Shown in pieces: positions 1 to 11,793 of a stretch of DNA of 64,000 nt; positions within the stretch are counted from its first letter, which is position 1, and each line of letters opens with the position of its first letter. The position numbers and the translations under genes are program-made. The stretch is from contig BCKZ01000012.1 in NCBI GenBank assembly GCA_001600815.1, positions 186,001 to 250,000 on the forward strand, read 5' to 3'. Under the pieces are notes generated by a model. It did no database searches. It saw only the letters and a list, made by a program, of their open reading frames with translations, and was not told where the DNA came from. This stretch comes from Alloascoidea hylecoeti (lineage: Eukaryota).

Positions 1-271
1 TTATATATATAACCAGTTAGTATTAGCCGAAAAAACTATACTCTACAAGTCAAAGCTTTAATTTATACCTATAACAGTATCTATGCATATGCATATCAAT
101 ATTTTTTCAAAAAGATCGCGAGCTTGTGTTATATAATTACAATTATAATATATATAGTTTATAATTATAACCGTAAAGCCTGAATCCCATTATATATATA
201 TATCAGGCCAATTCCTCGCCAGTTCTACTCATATATATATAGTTTGTTTTCAACTAAATATAGTGATCAGG

Positions 272-3200
272 ATGTCTTTTGATTTTGGCAGCGTTTCTAC
301 TTATGATGAATTCATAAGAGCCTTACCACCGTTTTTCGGAACTCAAACCCTACTAAATATTCCTAGGAATGAAGAAACCCTTGTGGATTATAGACCTGTC
401 TCAGCTACTGAATTTAATTTGTGGATTGATTCATGTGCTACCTTACTCAGTCAAAGAGGATTCCCTCCCGTTCCAATTGAGGATAAAAACACTTCAAAGG
501 TTGGTGTAAGTGTTCTTCTTCAATCAGGAATAGATCTCATTATAAATCAATTGGCTCTGAATCGATTGGGATATTCACCTCTTTTAACTTCCACAAGACT
601 CTCAGCAAATGTTCTCTTGTATATTCTTGATAGCTTTGAAGAAGCTCCTCATCCAAGAATACTTCATTCAGGATTTGATAAAATTGTTACTCAATGTAAG
701 GAATTGAATCCTAAATCCGAGATTTCCGAGGCCATTTCATTTAAAGAATATTCAAACGAGGATAATTTATCAAAGTCTATTAATTTTAGTGCATCTAAAG
801 AAGAAAGTGAAACTATTTTGAGAGAAAGATCTGCTTATTATGCACATTCATCTGGTTCAACTGGTTATCCAAAACTTATTCGTGAAAGTAATAAAGTTAT
901 TCTTGACGTGATAAAAAATGTCAAAATTCTAGGAACTACTTTAAACACTGCTCCTATATTTCATATGCTTGGAGCTCATGCGTGTGAAGTTTGTTTTGGA
1001 CAGAAATTGACGACTTACCTTTTTAATTATGCCAAACCTGTGACACCTATGAATATAATAAAGACTTTACAGAGCCAAAAGAATGTGGATCATATTATTA
1101 CTGTACCTTATATTGCAATGTTGATGTTAGAATCAGAGGAAGGAGTTGAAGTTATCAAAAGACTTAACGTCGTAACAGCTGCTGGCGCTAAAGTAGCTCA
1201 AGAAATAGGAGATAAAATGATGAAGCTTGGTACAAGACTTAATAGTGTGTATGGAGCTACTGAAACTGGAGTAGTCATGTCCAGTCATCGTCCAACGGAT
1301 AAAGAATGGGAATGGCTTAGTCCTTATCCTGGTTTGGAGGATCATTTGGAATTCATTGATCAAAAGGATGGAAGCTATGAACTACATTTAAAAGAGGATT
1401 TCCCTATGAGATGTCTTACCAACGCTGAAGATGGGGGATGGGATACAAGTGATTTATTTGTTAAACACCCCGAACATAATTGGTATAAGTATCTAGGAAG
1501 AAATGATGATAGAGTTACTCTGTCTACTGGTGAAAAAGTACTTACTATCCCAATTGAATATCAAATAAGATTGAATCCCCTTATTAAAGAATGTGCTGTG
1601 TTTGGTATTGGGAAGGAAATGCCTGGTCTTTTCGTTATCCCTGTTGAAAAACAAAATGACCCTGAGAAATTTTTGGAAGAAATTTGGCCCACGATTGTTG
1701 CAACAAATGAGAATGTTGAACAGTTCTCTAGAATTATTAAAGAGATGGTACATATCCTTCCTTATGATGTGGAGTATCCAGTAGCAGACAAGGGAACTAT
1801 CAAGAGGGGTATGTTCTATAAGAAATTTGCAAAAGAGATTGAAGAAATGTACGAAAAGATAAATTCTTCTGAAACAATTGTTAGTGATGATCATATAGAG
1901 AAGGCAGCAACAATGAGCTTAAAGGAGATTGAATATTTTATTATTGAAAAATTTAAAGAAGTAGGAATTGTAATTCCATCTTCAGATATGGATATATTCA
2001 AACTTGGAGCAGATAGTTTACAAGTTGTTTCTGTTTGGGGGCATGTCAATAAAGAAATATATAGCGGCATGAAAAGATCAACGTTTTATGAATATTCTAC
2101 TGTGAAGGACATAGCGTCATTTATTTACTTAGTATTCAATCCAAAGACAACAAATGGCAATGGAAATGGCCAATCGCAATCACAATCACAATCAGAAAAC
2201 GATATAGCTACAATCAAAAAATTTATTGATCGATATTCTTCTTTCAAACCACAAAAATTAACAAATGGAAAAGCTTATTCTAATGGATTTTCTAATAAAG
2301 ATGGCGAGGAGTACATCCTTCTTACTGGTGCTAGTGGGTCTCTTGGTGCCTTTGTTTTGAAAAAACTATTAGCTTTATCCAATGTTAAGAAAATCTATTG
2401 CTTAGTTAGAGCAGACACTAAAGAAGAAGCACAGTATCGAGTTTTGAAAAGTTTCGAATCTAGAAATATCAAACTTCCAAAGTTCGAAGATATACAACGT
2501 GTCGTCGGAATTCCATTTGATTCAGGGAAAGAATCAGATATTAAAGAATGTTTATCAAACTATGCCCCAGAATTATTTCACGCCATAACTTCGATTATTC
2601 ATTGTGCTTGGCCAGTTAATTTCAATTATCGATTAACATCTTTTGAATCACATATCAAGAATCTTAACGACTTGATCAACTTAGCCCTTGGTTCAAAGAG
2701 AGGTCGACCAGCTAAAATTGTTTTTTGTTCTTCAATTTCTACAGCTCTTCTATGCCCTACCCCAGTCCCCGAATCGGTGATAGATGTTCATTCCGCTGCT
2801 CCTATGGGATACGGTCAATCAAAATTGGTTTGTGAACATATAATTAAAAATGCATGCCAACAAACAGGGATATACGCTAGATCAGCAAGAATTGGGCAGA
2901 TTGTTGGTGATACACAAAACGGTATATGGAATGCGACTGAAGCTTATCCACTAATGATTCAAAGCGCTAAAGTTTTGAAAGCCCTTCCAAATCTCAGCCA
3001 GTCTTCTTTATCATGGACACCAGTCGATACTGTCGCTGATGTTTTATTAGATATCTTATTCAACGGAGAAGAAAAAGAAAAGGCATTTGGAGTCAATGGA
3101 GCAGAAATAGTTTACAATGTTACTACACCAAAACTTATTGATTGGAATGAAGATTTGTTACCAACTCTTAAAAATAAAGCAGGATTAGATTTCGAGGTTG

Positions 3201-3433
3201 TTGATATTAAGGAATGGTTGAAAAGATTAGCAAATAGTCCTAATGATGCTGTTAACAATCCAACTATTAAGTTACTTGATTATTTTGATAAGATGTACAA
3301 TAGCAATCAACAAGTAACTTTGCCTATGTTCACCACTTCAAAGACTGAAACAGTTTCACCATCATTAAGCGAAAATGAAGATATTGTCAATAGTGGATTA
3401 GTTGAAAAGTTTGTTAGAGGTTGGGGGATGTAA
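272..3433 (+). CDS. NRPS-like carboxylic acid reductase (adenylation-thiolation-reductase, A-T-R), not Lys2
   Basis: First ATG at 272 (track start 263 is GTG). A-domain motifs HSSGSTGYPK, YGATE, GRNDDRVTLSTGEKV, DKGTIKR; carrier domain DIFKLGADSLQ; SDR-type R domain LLTGASGSLG, HCAWPVNF, YGQSK. No introns. Confidence 0.9.
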   Translation: MSFDFGSVSTYDEFIRALPPFFGTQTLLNIPRNEETLVDYRPVSATEFNLWIDSCATLLSQRGFPPVPIEDKNTSKVGVSVLLQSGIDLIINQLALNRLGYSPLLTSTRLSANVLLYILDSFEEAPHPRILHSGFDKIVTQCKELNPKSEISEAISFKEYSNEDNLSKSINFSASKEESETILRERSAYYAHSSGSTGYPKLIRESNKVILDVIKNVKILGTTLNTAPIFHMLGAHACEVCFGQKLTTYLFNYAKPVTPMNIIKTLQSQKNVDHIITVPYIAMLMLESEEGVEVIKRLNVVTAAGAKVAQEIGDKMMKLGTRLNSVYGATETGVVMSSHRPTDKEWEWLSPYPGLEDHLEFIDQKDGSYELHLKEDFPMRCLTNAEDGGWDTSDLFVKHPEHNWYKYLGRNDDRVTLSTGEKVLTIPIEYQIRLNPLIKECAVFGIGKEMPGLFVIPVEKQNDPEKFLEEIWPTIVATNENVEQFSRIIKEMVHILPYDVEYPVADKGTIKRGMFYKKFAKEIEEMYEKINSSETIVSDDHIEKAATMSLKEIEYFIIEKFKEVGIVIPSSDMDIFKLGADSLQVVSVWGHVNKEIYSGMKRSTFYEYSTVKDIASFIYLVFNPKTTNGNGNGQSQSQSQSENDIATIKKFIDRYSSFKPQKLTNGKAYSNGFSNKDGEEYILLTGASGSLGAFVLKKLLALSNVKKIYCLVRADTKEEAQYRVLKSFESRNIKLPKFEDIQRVVGIPFDSGKESDIKECLSNYAPELFHAITSIIHCAWPVNFNYRLTSFESHIKNLNDLINLALGSKRGRPAKIVFCSSISTALLCPTPVPESVIDVHSAAPMGYGQSKLVCEHIIKNACQQTGIYARSARIGQIVGDTQNGIWNATEAYPLMIQSAKVLKALPNLSQSSLSWTPVDTVADVLLDILFNGEEKEKAFGVNGAEIVYNVTTPKLIDWNEDLLPTLKNKAGLDFEVVDIKEWLKRLANSPNDAVNNPTIKLLDYFDKMYNSNQQVTLPMFTTSKTETVSPSLSENEDIVNSGLVEKFVRGWGM

Positions 3434-3587
3434 TATTCTTTTGATAGAGTTTTCATAGTTTTTATTTTTATAGTTTCATACGATTTTTTTATAGTTAAAT
3501 GTAGGTCACATGACACAAATTTCAATACATCTTTCACCCTCTCACCAGGATCTGTCTCTTCAAAACTTTCAAATTAAAACTCTCAAC

Positions 3588-4044
3588 ATGACTACCATCA
3601 CTCGTCTACTTCAAGTAGTATCGTCATTATTTTTAGTGCACGCCTTCTATTCGGCGTATGAAATTCACCAATTTGCAAAACATCACAATGTCAACAGAGA
3701 AGTCACATTACCGAAAGATGTAAGTCGATTCTTGATACCAATCTAATCAGATTCAATTTACAATCTAACATTCTCAATCATTTCTATAGATCGTACTAGA
3801 AACAATTATATCCTTATTTATTTTTATTCTTGGAACAGTTCTTTCAAATCCCACACCATTAAAACCTCTCCAATTCAAAAAATCAAACGTTGATTCAATA
3901 GATATCTTCAGTGAAAATACAACCATTGAAGATTTGGAGGATTTGAGTGATTTACTAATTTTAGAAAACAGGGTTAATTTTATTAATATACAGGAAAAGA
4001 GGTCATTATTTGAAAAATGGTATTTAAACGAGAGACAGAAATGA
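3588..4044 (+). CDS. EMC5: ER membrane protein complex subunit 5 (MMgT family), 2 exons
   Basis: Exon1 MTTITRLLQVVSSLFLVHAFYSAYE...LPKD; intron 3720-3789 (GTAAGT..CTAAC..TAG); exon2 IVLETIISLFILILG...LENRVNFINIQEKRSLFEKW..; two TM helices. Confidence 0.8.
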
Positions 4045-4383
4045 ATGAAATTGGACATTTGCTCAACATTATGGAAATACGTGGCTGTTATCAATAGAAT
4101 TTTTTATTATTTGGAGAATTATTTAAGGTAAAAATGTATAATCAATAAATATTGCAGGAAATATATTTCAAGAACTCAATTTCCAGAATTGCATACTGTA
4201 TATCAAAAATGCAATTGCAATATATAAGTAAAATATAAATGAAAAAAAATAGTTTATAAATATATGTTGAAAAAGTATGCAAAATAATTCATAATATAAT
4301 GATCATGATATAGTCATTCTTTTAATATAAAAAGGGCCTTTATTTTATTAAACACTTGAGATTTTGAAATTTCAACACCCATT

Positions 4384-4948
4384 ATGACCACCAAAATCGC
4401 CACAGAAAAAGTCAGTCACCATCATCATAATTCAACATCAACACCCACCAATAACTGACCCAAGCACCTCTGATAAACCAACTTCGACTCCAATTACTAA
4501 GCCTAAGCTTAGGCCCCACGTTTCAATTGATACAGTACCAACTATTATACCATCAACAAAAATAAAACCAAATGAAAAAAAACAAGAAAGATAAACACAA
4601 ATCACATAAGTCGCATAAGTCACATAAGTCACATAAAGTAAGTGAGTAGCATAAGCCGCATAAATCAGATAAACACAAGAAAATACTAATACAGACCCTA
4701 CTAAAAATCCCAATTATAAGCACAAGCCAATTGCAACGAGTAAACCAATAATTCCAGTTTTAATTTTAAAACCGACAAAAACAGTAGCAACCGCTACAGG
4801 AACAATGACACCATATCCGGTTATTGATAACTATACTATAAATAATGATGATTTGAATTCTCCTCCAAGCGTATTTTATTTTCCTGAATTGGGTATAAGA
4901 GAATTTAAAGGATACGATATTAATATGATTTTAACTGATGAGTATTAA
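4384..4948 (+). pseudogene. Frameshifted remnant of a Thr/Pro/His/Lys-rich low-complexity protein
   Basis: Protein-like segments in successive frames: MTTKIATEKVSHHHHNSTSTP / PITDPSTSDKPTSTPITKPK / KHKSHKSHKSHKSHKVSE*HKPHK / ENTNTDPTK...PPSVFYFPELGIREFKGYD; at least 3 frame changes and one in-frame TAG. Confidence 0.45.
4598..4662 (+). repeat. 9-bp tandem repeat (TCACATAAG)n encoding Ser-His-Lys
   Basis: tcacataag tcgcataag tcacataag tcacataaa, followed by degenerate units tagcataag ccgcataaa. Confidence 0.8.
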
Positions 4949-5802
4949 GCGTACCGATATAAGGTTATGAGCTTATCAAATTTGGAGTATTATATCCAAT
5001 AATAATGTAAAATAAAATATAGTTACGTCAAACTACTTCGTTCATTAACTACTAATTAGTTAAATTATTGAATTATGCCTGCGAATTTAGTTGCAAATGA
5101 GTTCTAATAGTTTCAGTCTCACAAGAAAATTAAATTTTGTATTTTACTTAATGTCAATTACAAGGGCTAGCTACGAGTACGTTTGTTTCTTGTTACCATA
5201 TAAACTTTATATTCGTTAGCTATTATAAAAGGTCAAAGTTTATTATGTATTACAGCATTTCTATAAAGTCAATTATAATGATTACTTTATAGTTAAATAA
5301 TTATAAGCTTATAGTGAAAGTCATATATTATAATAAAAAACAACCCCACATTTTTTTGTCAATCAATAAATTGATATATATATACAGCATCTTTTTTAAT
5401 TTTTTTTAATTTCTACCTTTTCATGTTTTATGATAATTAATCTCATATTACTTGTCAATGTTGCCATTACCAGTGGTGATGAGATAATATCTATAATTGG
5501 ATACCGAAATTTGTATCATTCTGATAATCATCATAAACGAAAAATATACATACCAATAATCTAATTAGCTTTCACCGTATTTAAAATAAAATAACATAAA
5601 CATATAAAGCCTATGGTTTAATTGATTACTAGATGTCATTTATATCATCAGTGTATTTAAAATTTCCGAATAGTCATTCGTACTCATTCATAAAAGTTGG
5701 AATAAATAGGAGGATGGAATATATCCAAATATGTGTTTCTTGCGGTTTCTCAATTTGGATCCATAATATCAATTATAATTTGCGAACGTTTGTACTTGTA
5801 AA

Positions 5803-8535
5803 TTATAACAAAAATTGCTTGCTTTGACTTAAATCCATGGTAATAATTGCTTCTGGAATCCAATTCCAGTCATAAACCTCACATTTCACCTTTTTCCCTT
5901 TGTAAGCTTGTTTAAAAGCATTAATAAATCTCTTATCATTTGGTTTTGAAATCATAATGTATCGATTATCATCTAGAAAACACGATACATAATTTTTATT
6001 TCGAAGAGTTTTTATAGCATTAATCTTACCACCATGAGATTCAATTATTCTACGAATGACCTCAATATTACTATTAACATTTGGTGTGACATTGAAACTT
6101 AGTCCATGAAATAGTAATTGATTTTGATCTCTTAATTTTTTGTAGCGAGAAGTAGATTCCGAAAAGTTAATCTTGATACCTTTTTCAGTATATGGTTTAA
6201 TGCAATTAGAGAAAAGGTATTCATCAGGTTGTAAATGAGCTAAACTATCCTTTTTCAGCTCGAGTTTATTATTTAAGAAAGAGACTGACGATTTATGAAT
6301 AAGATCCAATACCGTATTTATATAATTAGTTGAGATAATATCCAAACCTAGACCCATAGCACATAAAAACTTTTCTGTCCTGCAGATTTTTGGAGCAAAT
6401 ATTGTGCTAACATTCGCGAGACTATCACTAGAGGATATTAGAATTCCAAAATGGGCCAACCGATCTAGTTGTTGTTTGCTTAAGATTTCACCCCACCCTG
6501 TTGTAACCGCTTTTATTTGAACATGTGGCAGTGGAACTGTTATATTATTGGAATCATTATTTGGGGAAAATTTTGGCTTGGTCGTTCTTGAAGGTGATTT
6601 AGACGATGCTTGACTAGGAGATATTGCTGTTGATCTTCTAGTAGATGATCTTCTTTCAGTTAAGGGGGTTGAACGGGAACTTGACGAAGACAATCGTTTT
6701 CCTTTCTTCTTGTAAGTTTTTAAAGGTGTTTCTGGACTGTTTATCAGAGAAGTTAATTTATCTGAATCTGATGTAGAGTCATTCGACAAAACGCTTTTCT
6801 TCCTTCTCTTAGATTTCGAATTTTCTTGATCTTCCTGAGGAGATGGCCGCTTAATTGGTGTCGTAGTTTTAGTTGTGGCAATATTTAATTTTTCGTTTCG
6901 TGATCTTCTTGGAGTCGAGGACTCAGTAGGGGAATCATGTCGACTCCTTAAACGTCTCATACCTTGTTTAGAAGGTGTAGAGGGCAAAGAATCCAACACG
7001 GGTAAGATGCTTTCTTTATTAGGGCCCAAAACTGTTAATTGAGGTTGACCAATTGGTGTGGAATTCTGTTTCCGTGGTGTTAAATTAGGTGGAGAAGGAA
7101 CAACTGATCCTTCTTTTGAATAAAATTGTAGCAAAACTGATGAATCTAATCGTATTTGTCCAACTACTTCAGTTAAATTTGTTAATGCTGGAAAATGAGA
7201 ATACCTTGGGTGATTAATATCTTGTAATTCCCACTTTGCATAAGTTTCTTCAAGCCATAGGTGATTCACAACTGGAATATTCCATTTTTTAGCATATGAA
7301 TATTTCCTACCCCATTTCTTAGCACATATTAAAAAATTATCAGACTCTTGAAATGATTTTGTAAATTTAGCGCCAAGCGCTTCTGTTAATTTTTCTAGAT
7401 AATATCTAGCATCACCTGTATAATTTGTTGCAGCTATAACAATATCTTTCATTTCAGGAAGACCATCTCTAACAACGGGATAATGTAAAAGCCTTCTTGT
7501 TGGAGTACTAAACTGTTCATGAGCCAGCATCCAATATAACCAGGTAAGATTCCCCACAAATAGTTTATTTCGACTAGCTGTAACATAATTAGTACCCTCT
7601 CTATACATACCAATAAAAGCATCAACATGTGCTCTATCAAGTGGTGTGTTGTGATCCACAGCTATACCACCTGCATTTTCAATAGATACTTGTATAGATC
7701 GAAACATTCTATCAGATAAAGATAAATCCTCCTGATTTAAGTAAAATTTTCTACCCCTTAAGAATTGTGTTTTTGATTCCGGTACTTCATCTGGACGTGG
7801 AGAAACAGGATCTAAATCTTTTGTAACATAAGGATCAACTACATCCCTTAAATTATTATCAAAATTTTCTGAATGGGCCCTTAAAATTGGTGGATCTGGG
7901 AATAAATATGGTGTTTCGTCTATTCTTCTTCTCAATTTGAAACAGTCATCTAACCAATGCGGCAAAACAATTTTAATATTCCTTTTTGATAATCTAGCAA
8001 TTTGACATTTATATTCTTCACCTGTTAACGCTACTAAATGTGTTGTTATTTTGGTCAGCGGCTCCATCCATTGACCCCCCATAGCCCTAACACCACCATA
8101 GATTGCTTCTTTGTCCCCTTGAGATAAACCAGTAACCGATATCAGGACATCTGAAAAGAAGTATTTTGGATCAGGTGAATATGGCCGGCAGGGTGGCAAT
8201 CTACCCTTCGTTATTGAATCATATACCCATTCTGGTTTCACAACAGGAATCATTCTTTCTTCTGATTCATCGTAATCCTGAAAATCAATATTTGTCGCAA
8301 TGATATGTGATATTGATGAGAAAGATGATTGACATAATCCTGAATCCCAACTGACAAACTGGGCACCATTACCTTTAAGTTTTTCAGCCAAAGTCAATAT
8401 CATGTCGTGATTTATTCCTACACTTTCAATAATATGAAATGATAAATGTATGAAAATCTCTGAATTTGGAGCCTCATTTTTATTTTCAATTTTTAGTTGG
8501 GGTTGTGGAGAAACTAATTCATTTGTACCAGCCAT
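5803..8535 (-). CDS. RTT107: Multi-BRCT DNA-damage scaffold, Rtt107/Brc1 family
   Basis: ATG at 8535 (MAGTNELV). BRCT signatures VVKPEWVYDS, PYSPDP, VLPHWLDDC, LLHYP, TNYTGDARYYL, VVNHLWLEE; S/T/P-rich linker; C-terminal pair with RTEKFLCA. Confidence 0.85.
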   Translation of the reverse strand: MAGTNELVSPQPQLKIENKNEAPNSEIFIHLSFHIIESVGINHDMILTLAEKLKGNGAQFVSWDSGLCQSSFSSISHIIATNIDFQDYDESEERMIPVVKPEWVYDSITKGRLPPCRPYSPDPKYFFSDVLISVTGLSQGDKEAIYGGVRAMGGQWMEPLTKITTHLVALTGEEYKCQIARLSKRNIKIVLPHWLDDCFKLRRRIDETPYLFPDPPILRAHSENFDNNLRDVVDPYVTKDLDPVSPRPDEVPESKTQFLRGRKFYLNQEDLSLSDRMFRSIQVSIENAGGIAVDHNTPLDRAHVDAFIGMYREGTNYVTASRNKLFVGNLTWLYWMLAHEQFSTPTRRLLHYPVVRDGLPEMKDIVIAATNYTGDARYYLEKLTEALGAKFTKSFQESDNFLICAKKWGRKYSYAKKWNIPVVNHLWLEETYAKWELQDINHPRYSHFPALTNLTEVVGQIRLDSSVLLQFYSKEGSVVPSPPNLTPRKQNSTPIGQPQLTVLGPNKESILPVLDSLPSTPSKQGMRRLRSRHDSPTESSTPRRSRNEKLNIATTKTTTPIKRPSPQEDQENSKSKRRKKSVLSNDSTSDSDKLTSLINSPETPLKTYKKKGKRLSSSSSRSTPLTERRSSTRRSTAISPSQASSKSPSRTTKPKFSPNNDSNNITVPLPHVQIKAVTTGWGEILSKQQLDRLAHFGILISSSDSLANVSTIFAPKICRTEKFLCAMGLGLDIISTNYINTVLDLIHKSSVSFLNNKLELKKDSLAHLQPDEYLFSNCIKPYTEKGIKINFSESTSRYKKLRDQNQLLFHGLSFNVTPNVNSNIEVIRRIIESHGGKINAIKTLRNKNYVSCFLDDNRYIMISKPNDKRFINAFKQAYKGKKVKCEVYDWNWIPEAIITMDLSQSKQFLL

Positions 8536-8578
8536 TATTATGACCTTTATAAAGAATTGAATCGAAAAAATAAGTGAA

Positions 8579-8620
8579 GACGCGAAGCAAAAGCTTTCGT
8601 GAACCAAAATAAGCACGCGT
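8579..8620. promoter_or_regulatory. MCB-type (MBF) elements in the RTT107/SNX4 divergent promoter
   Basis: ACGCGA at about 8580 and ACGCGT at 8615-8620, upstream of a G1/S-type DNA repair gene. Confidence 0.55.
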
Positions 8621-8751
8621 TAATTACGTGAATTACAGTAGTTAACTCCACTGTTCTCATATATACACACCTATGGGGCATTCTGTGGTGTATCTCAGCA
8701 CGATGGCACTATCTCTCCATTTCAAACACAATATAATACATCCAAATCATA

Positions 8752-10290
8752 ATGTCTGAAGGTGAATTCACGTCAGTCAGCTGGGACAGAGGTCCAGAAA
8801 ATTCTGAGGTTTCAACGTCTATATCCGAGGAAGTAATTGTGGAAGCTGAACCGAGTCACAGTAAGGAACCAGAAATAATTCACACAGCCACCACTATTAC
8901 TGCTGAAACCCCTCAGAATCCTAATACAACAAAAGGCGAGGAATTGTATATTAAATCAACAGTCTCTGATCCACAGAAAGAACAAGATGGATCCCAAAAT
9001 CCTTTTATTTCATATCTTATTACAACTGAGGTAAGATCTCCAACTTTTTATATATATATTTTTTTTCTCTTTGTGATTTCATTGTTAAAAGCAACAATAC
9101 TAACGACATCTATCATGTAGTCAAATAATCCTGTTTTCCAGTCTACAACAATTAAAATCCGACGAAGATTTTCTGATTTTTATTTTTTATATCATGTTTT
9201 ATTAACTGATTTTTCAGCATGTGCTATTCCACCATTACCGGACAAGAAACGATTGGAATATATTAAAGGTGATCGATTTGGTAAAGAATTCACTTTAAAA
9301 CGAGCATCATCTTTGAATAGGTTTCTAAATAGAATCTCATATCATCCTGTTTTAAAAAGAGCAAAGGCTTATCATGTGTTTTTAGAAAGTAATGATTGGA
9401 ATGCATATAAGAGGCAAATTCATATAAAAGCGGCAAATCTTGATAATGGGAATGGATTATTGGTAGATGGAATATCTGATTCGTTTATGAACGTATTTAG
9501 GAAAGCTCAATCACAAAATAAAGAGTTTGTTGAAGTTAGGGAAAGAGTTGATAAATTGGAATATAATTTAAATCACATTGATAAGATTTTCTCAAGAGTT
9601 GTTAGAAGACAAGGTGAATTAAAAGTTGATTATAAAGATTTCGCCGAACAGATTTTAAAACTAGCATCATTGGAACCAAACATTGGAGCTGAATTCAATC
9701 AATTTGCTAATGGATTAGAATCATTATCAAGAGATTTTGGTGAACTGAAGGATCATATTGATAATGATTATCTTGTATCTTTACGTGATATGGAAAATTA
9801 TGTGGTTTCATTAAAAGAATTATTGAGACAAAAAGATCAAAAGCAAATTGATTTTGAAGCACTTACCGAATATTTACAGAAGGCCTCAGCCGATTATAAT
9901 TATCTAAAAGCAGGTGGTGGTACCAATTTCTTACAAAAGAAGGTTGAAGACATGCGAGGAGTAAATCATGAAGTGGCAAGACAAGATCGTATACAAAAAT
10001 TAGAAATGAAGGTTGAAAGCTTAACACGAGAAGTTGGTTCTGCTAAATTGACAGTAGATGCTTTTGAAGGACAGACGTACCATGAAATTCAATATTTTGA
10101 TAATATCAAAGCATTGGAAATGAAGGATACTTTAGGTAACTTAACTGATAGTCATATTGATTTTTTTAAAAGTGTAATTGCTAGCTGGGAACCTATTGAG
10201 GAATCATTGAAACAGGCTAGTGATGCTCACAACAAGTCAAAAAACTCAGAAACAAATGACAATACAGAAAACATTCAGTATAACAAATAA
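8752..10290 (+). CDS. SNX4: Sorting nexin-4 (PX-BAR), 2 exons
   Basis: Intron 9031-9120 (GTAAGA..TACTAAC..TAG) joins VSDPQKEQDGSQNPFISYLITTE to SNNPVF..IRRRFSDF..IPPLPDKKRLEYIKGDRF; BAR domain with DQKQIDFEALTEYL. Confidence 0.92.
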
Positions 10291-10530
10291 AACTTAAAGT
10301 ATGTTTATCAGGAAAGTCATGGCTAAGGAGGATTGAATATTGTATTTAAATATAAAATATTATGTTGTATATGATCAGCATGATATTGTTCATTAATTAT
10401 AACTATTATATTGCAGTCTTAAACAATTCAAACACATAATTTATACAATTGTAACAAATGTAGTCAATAATTTATAATTATATTCGAAGTTATTTTATAC
10501 ATTTTATACATTTTAAAACTTTTCTATAAT

Positions 10531-11448
<918 letters not shown>

Positions 11449-11542
11449 TTTGTATTGACTGCTGCTGATACACATGTAGGTAAAATTTAATTTTCAAAAA
11501 AAGCGAGTGCAGGGTGGTCTTCCCACAAAGCGCGACAGAAAA

Positions 11543-11724
11543 GGCCACGACATGCCACGACAGACTACCACGCACCAGGCAGGCACCATTGACGTTTGCT
11601 TCGATACAACAGCAAACGCCAAGTTGGGGATTTAGGCTTTTGCCAAACCCCGTGCTGGAATATACGCGCAGTTCTGGAAAGTTCCGCCACGCTGGCAAAC
11701 TTGCGCACGGGGAACATATAAATA
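11543..11724 (+). promoter_or_regulatory. KAR2 promoter: heat-shock element, UPRE-like site and TATA box
   Basis: Three-unit HSE gTTCtgGAAagTTCc at 11671-11685; CACGCTG (reverse complement of UPRE core CAGCGTG) at 11688-11694; further CCACG motifs at about 11545-11572; TATAAAT at about 11717. Confidence 0.75.
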
Positions 11725-11793
11725 ATCCTCATCGCCATTTTTCACCTTCCTGCCATTTACTTCACAAGCTTTTTTCTTGATATCACTGGACAA

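Noticed and set aside
178..208. GCCTGA..TCAGGC hairpin around a TA run upstream of the CAR gene
   Set aside because: 6-bp arms around a TA microsatellite are too short to distinguish from chance
272..3433. Calling the A-T-R gene LYS2
   Set aside because: Too short, lacks the Lys2 N-terminal extension and its FTSGSEG.PKG-type A3 motif; motifs fit NRPS-like CARs
4598..4662. CRISPR-like array
   Set aside because: Contiguous 9-bp units with no spacers, in a eukaryotic context
4438..4713. 91-aa hydrophobic minus-strand ORF
   Set aside because: Antisense shadow of the A/C-rich repeat on the plus strand; non-ATG start
272..8535. A biosynthetic gene cluster around the CAR
   Set aside because: Neighbours are EMC5 and RTT107 (housekeeping); no PKS, P450, transporter or regulator in view
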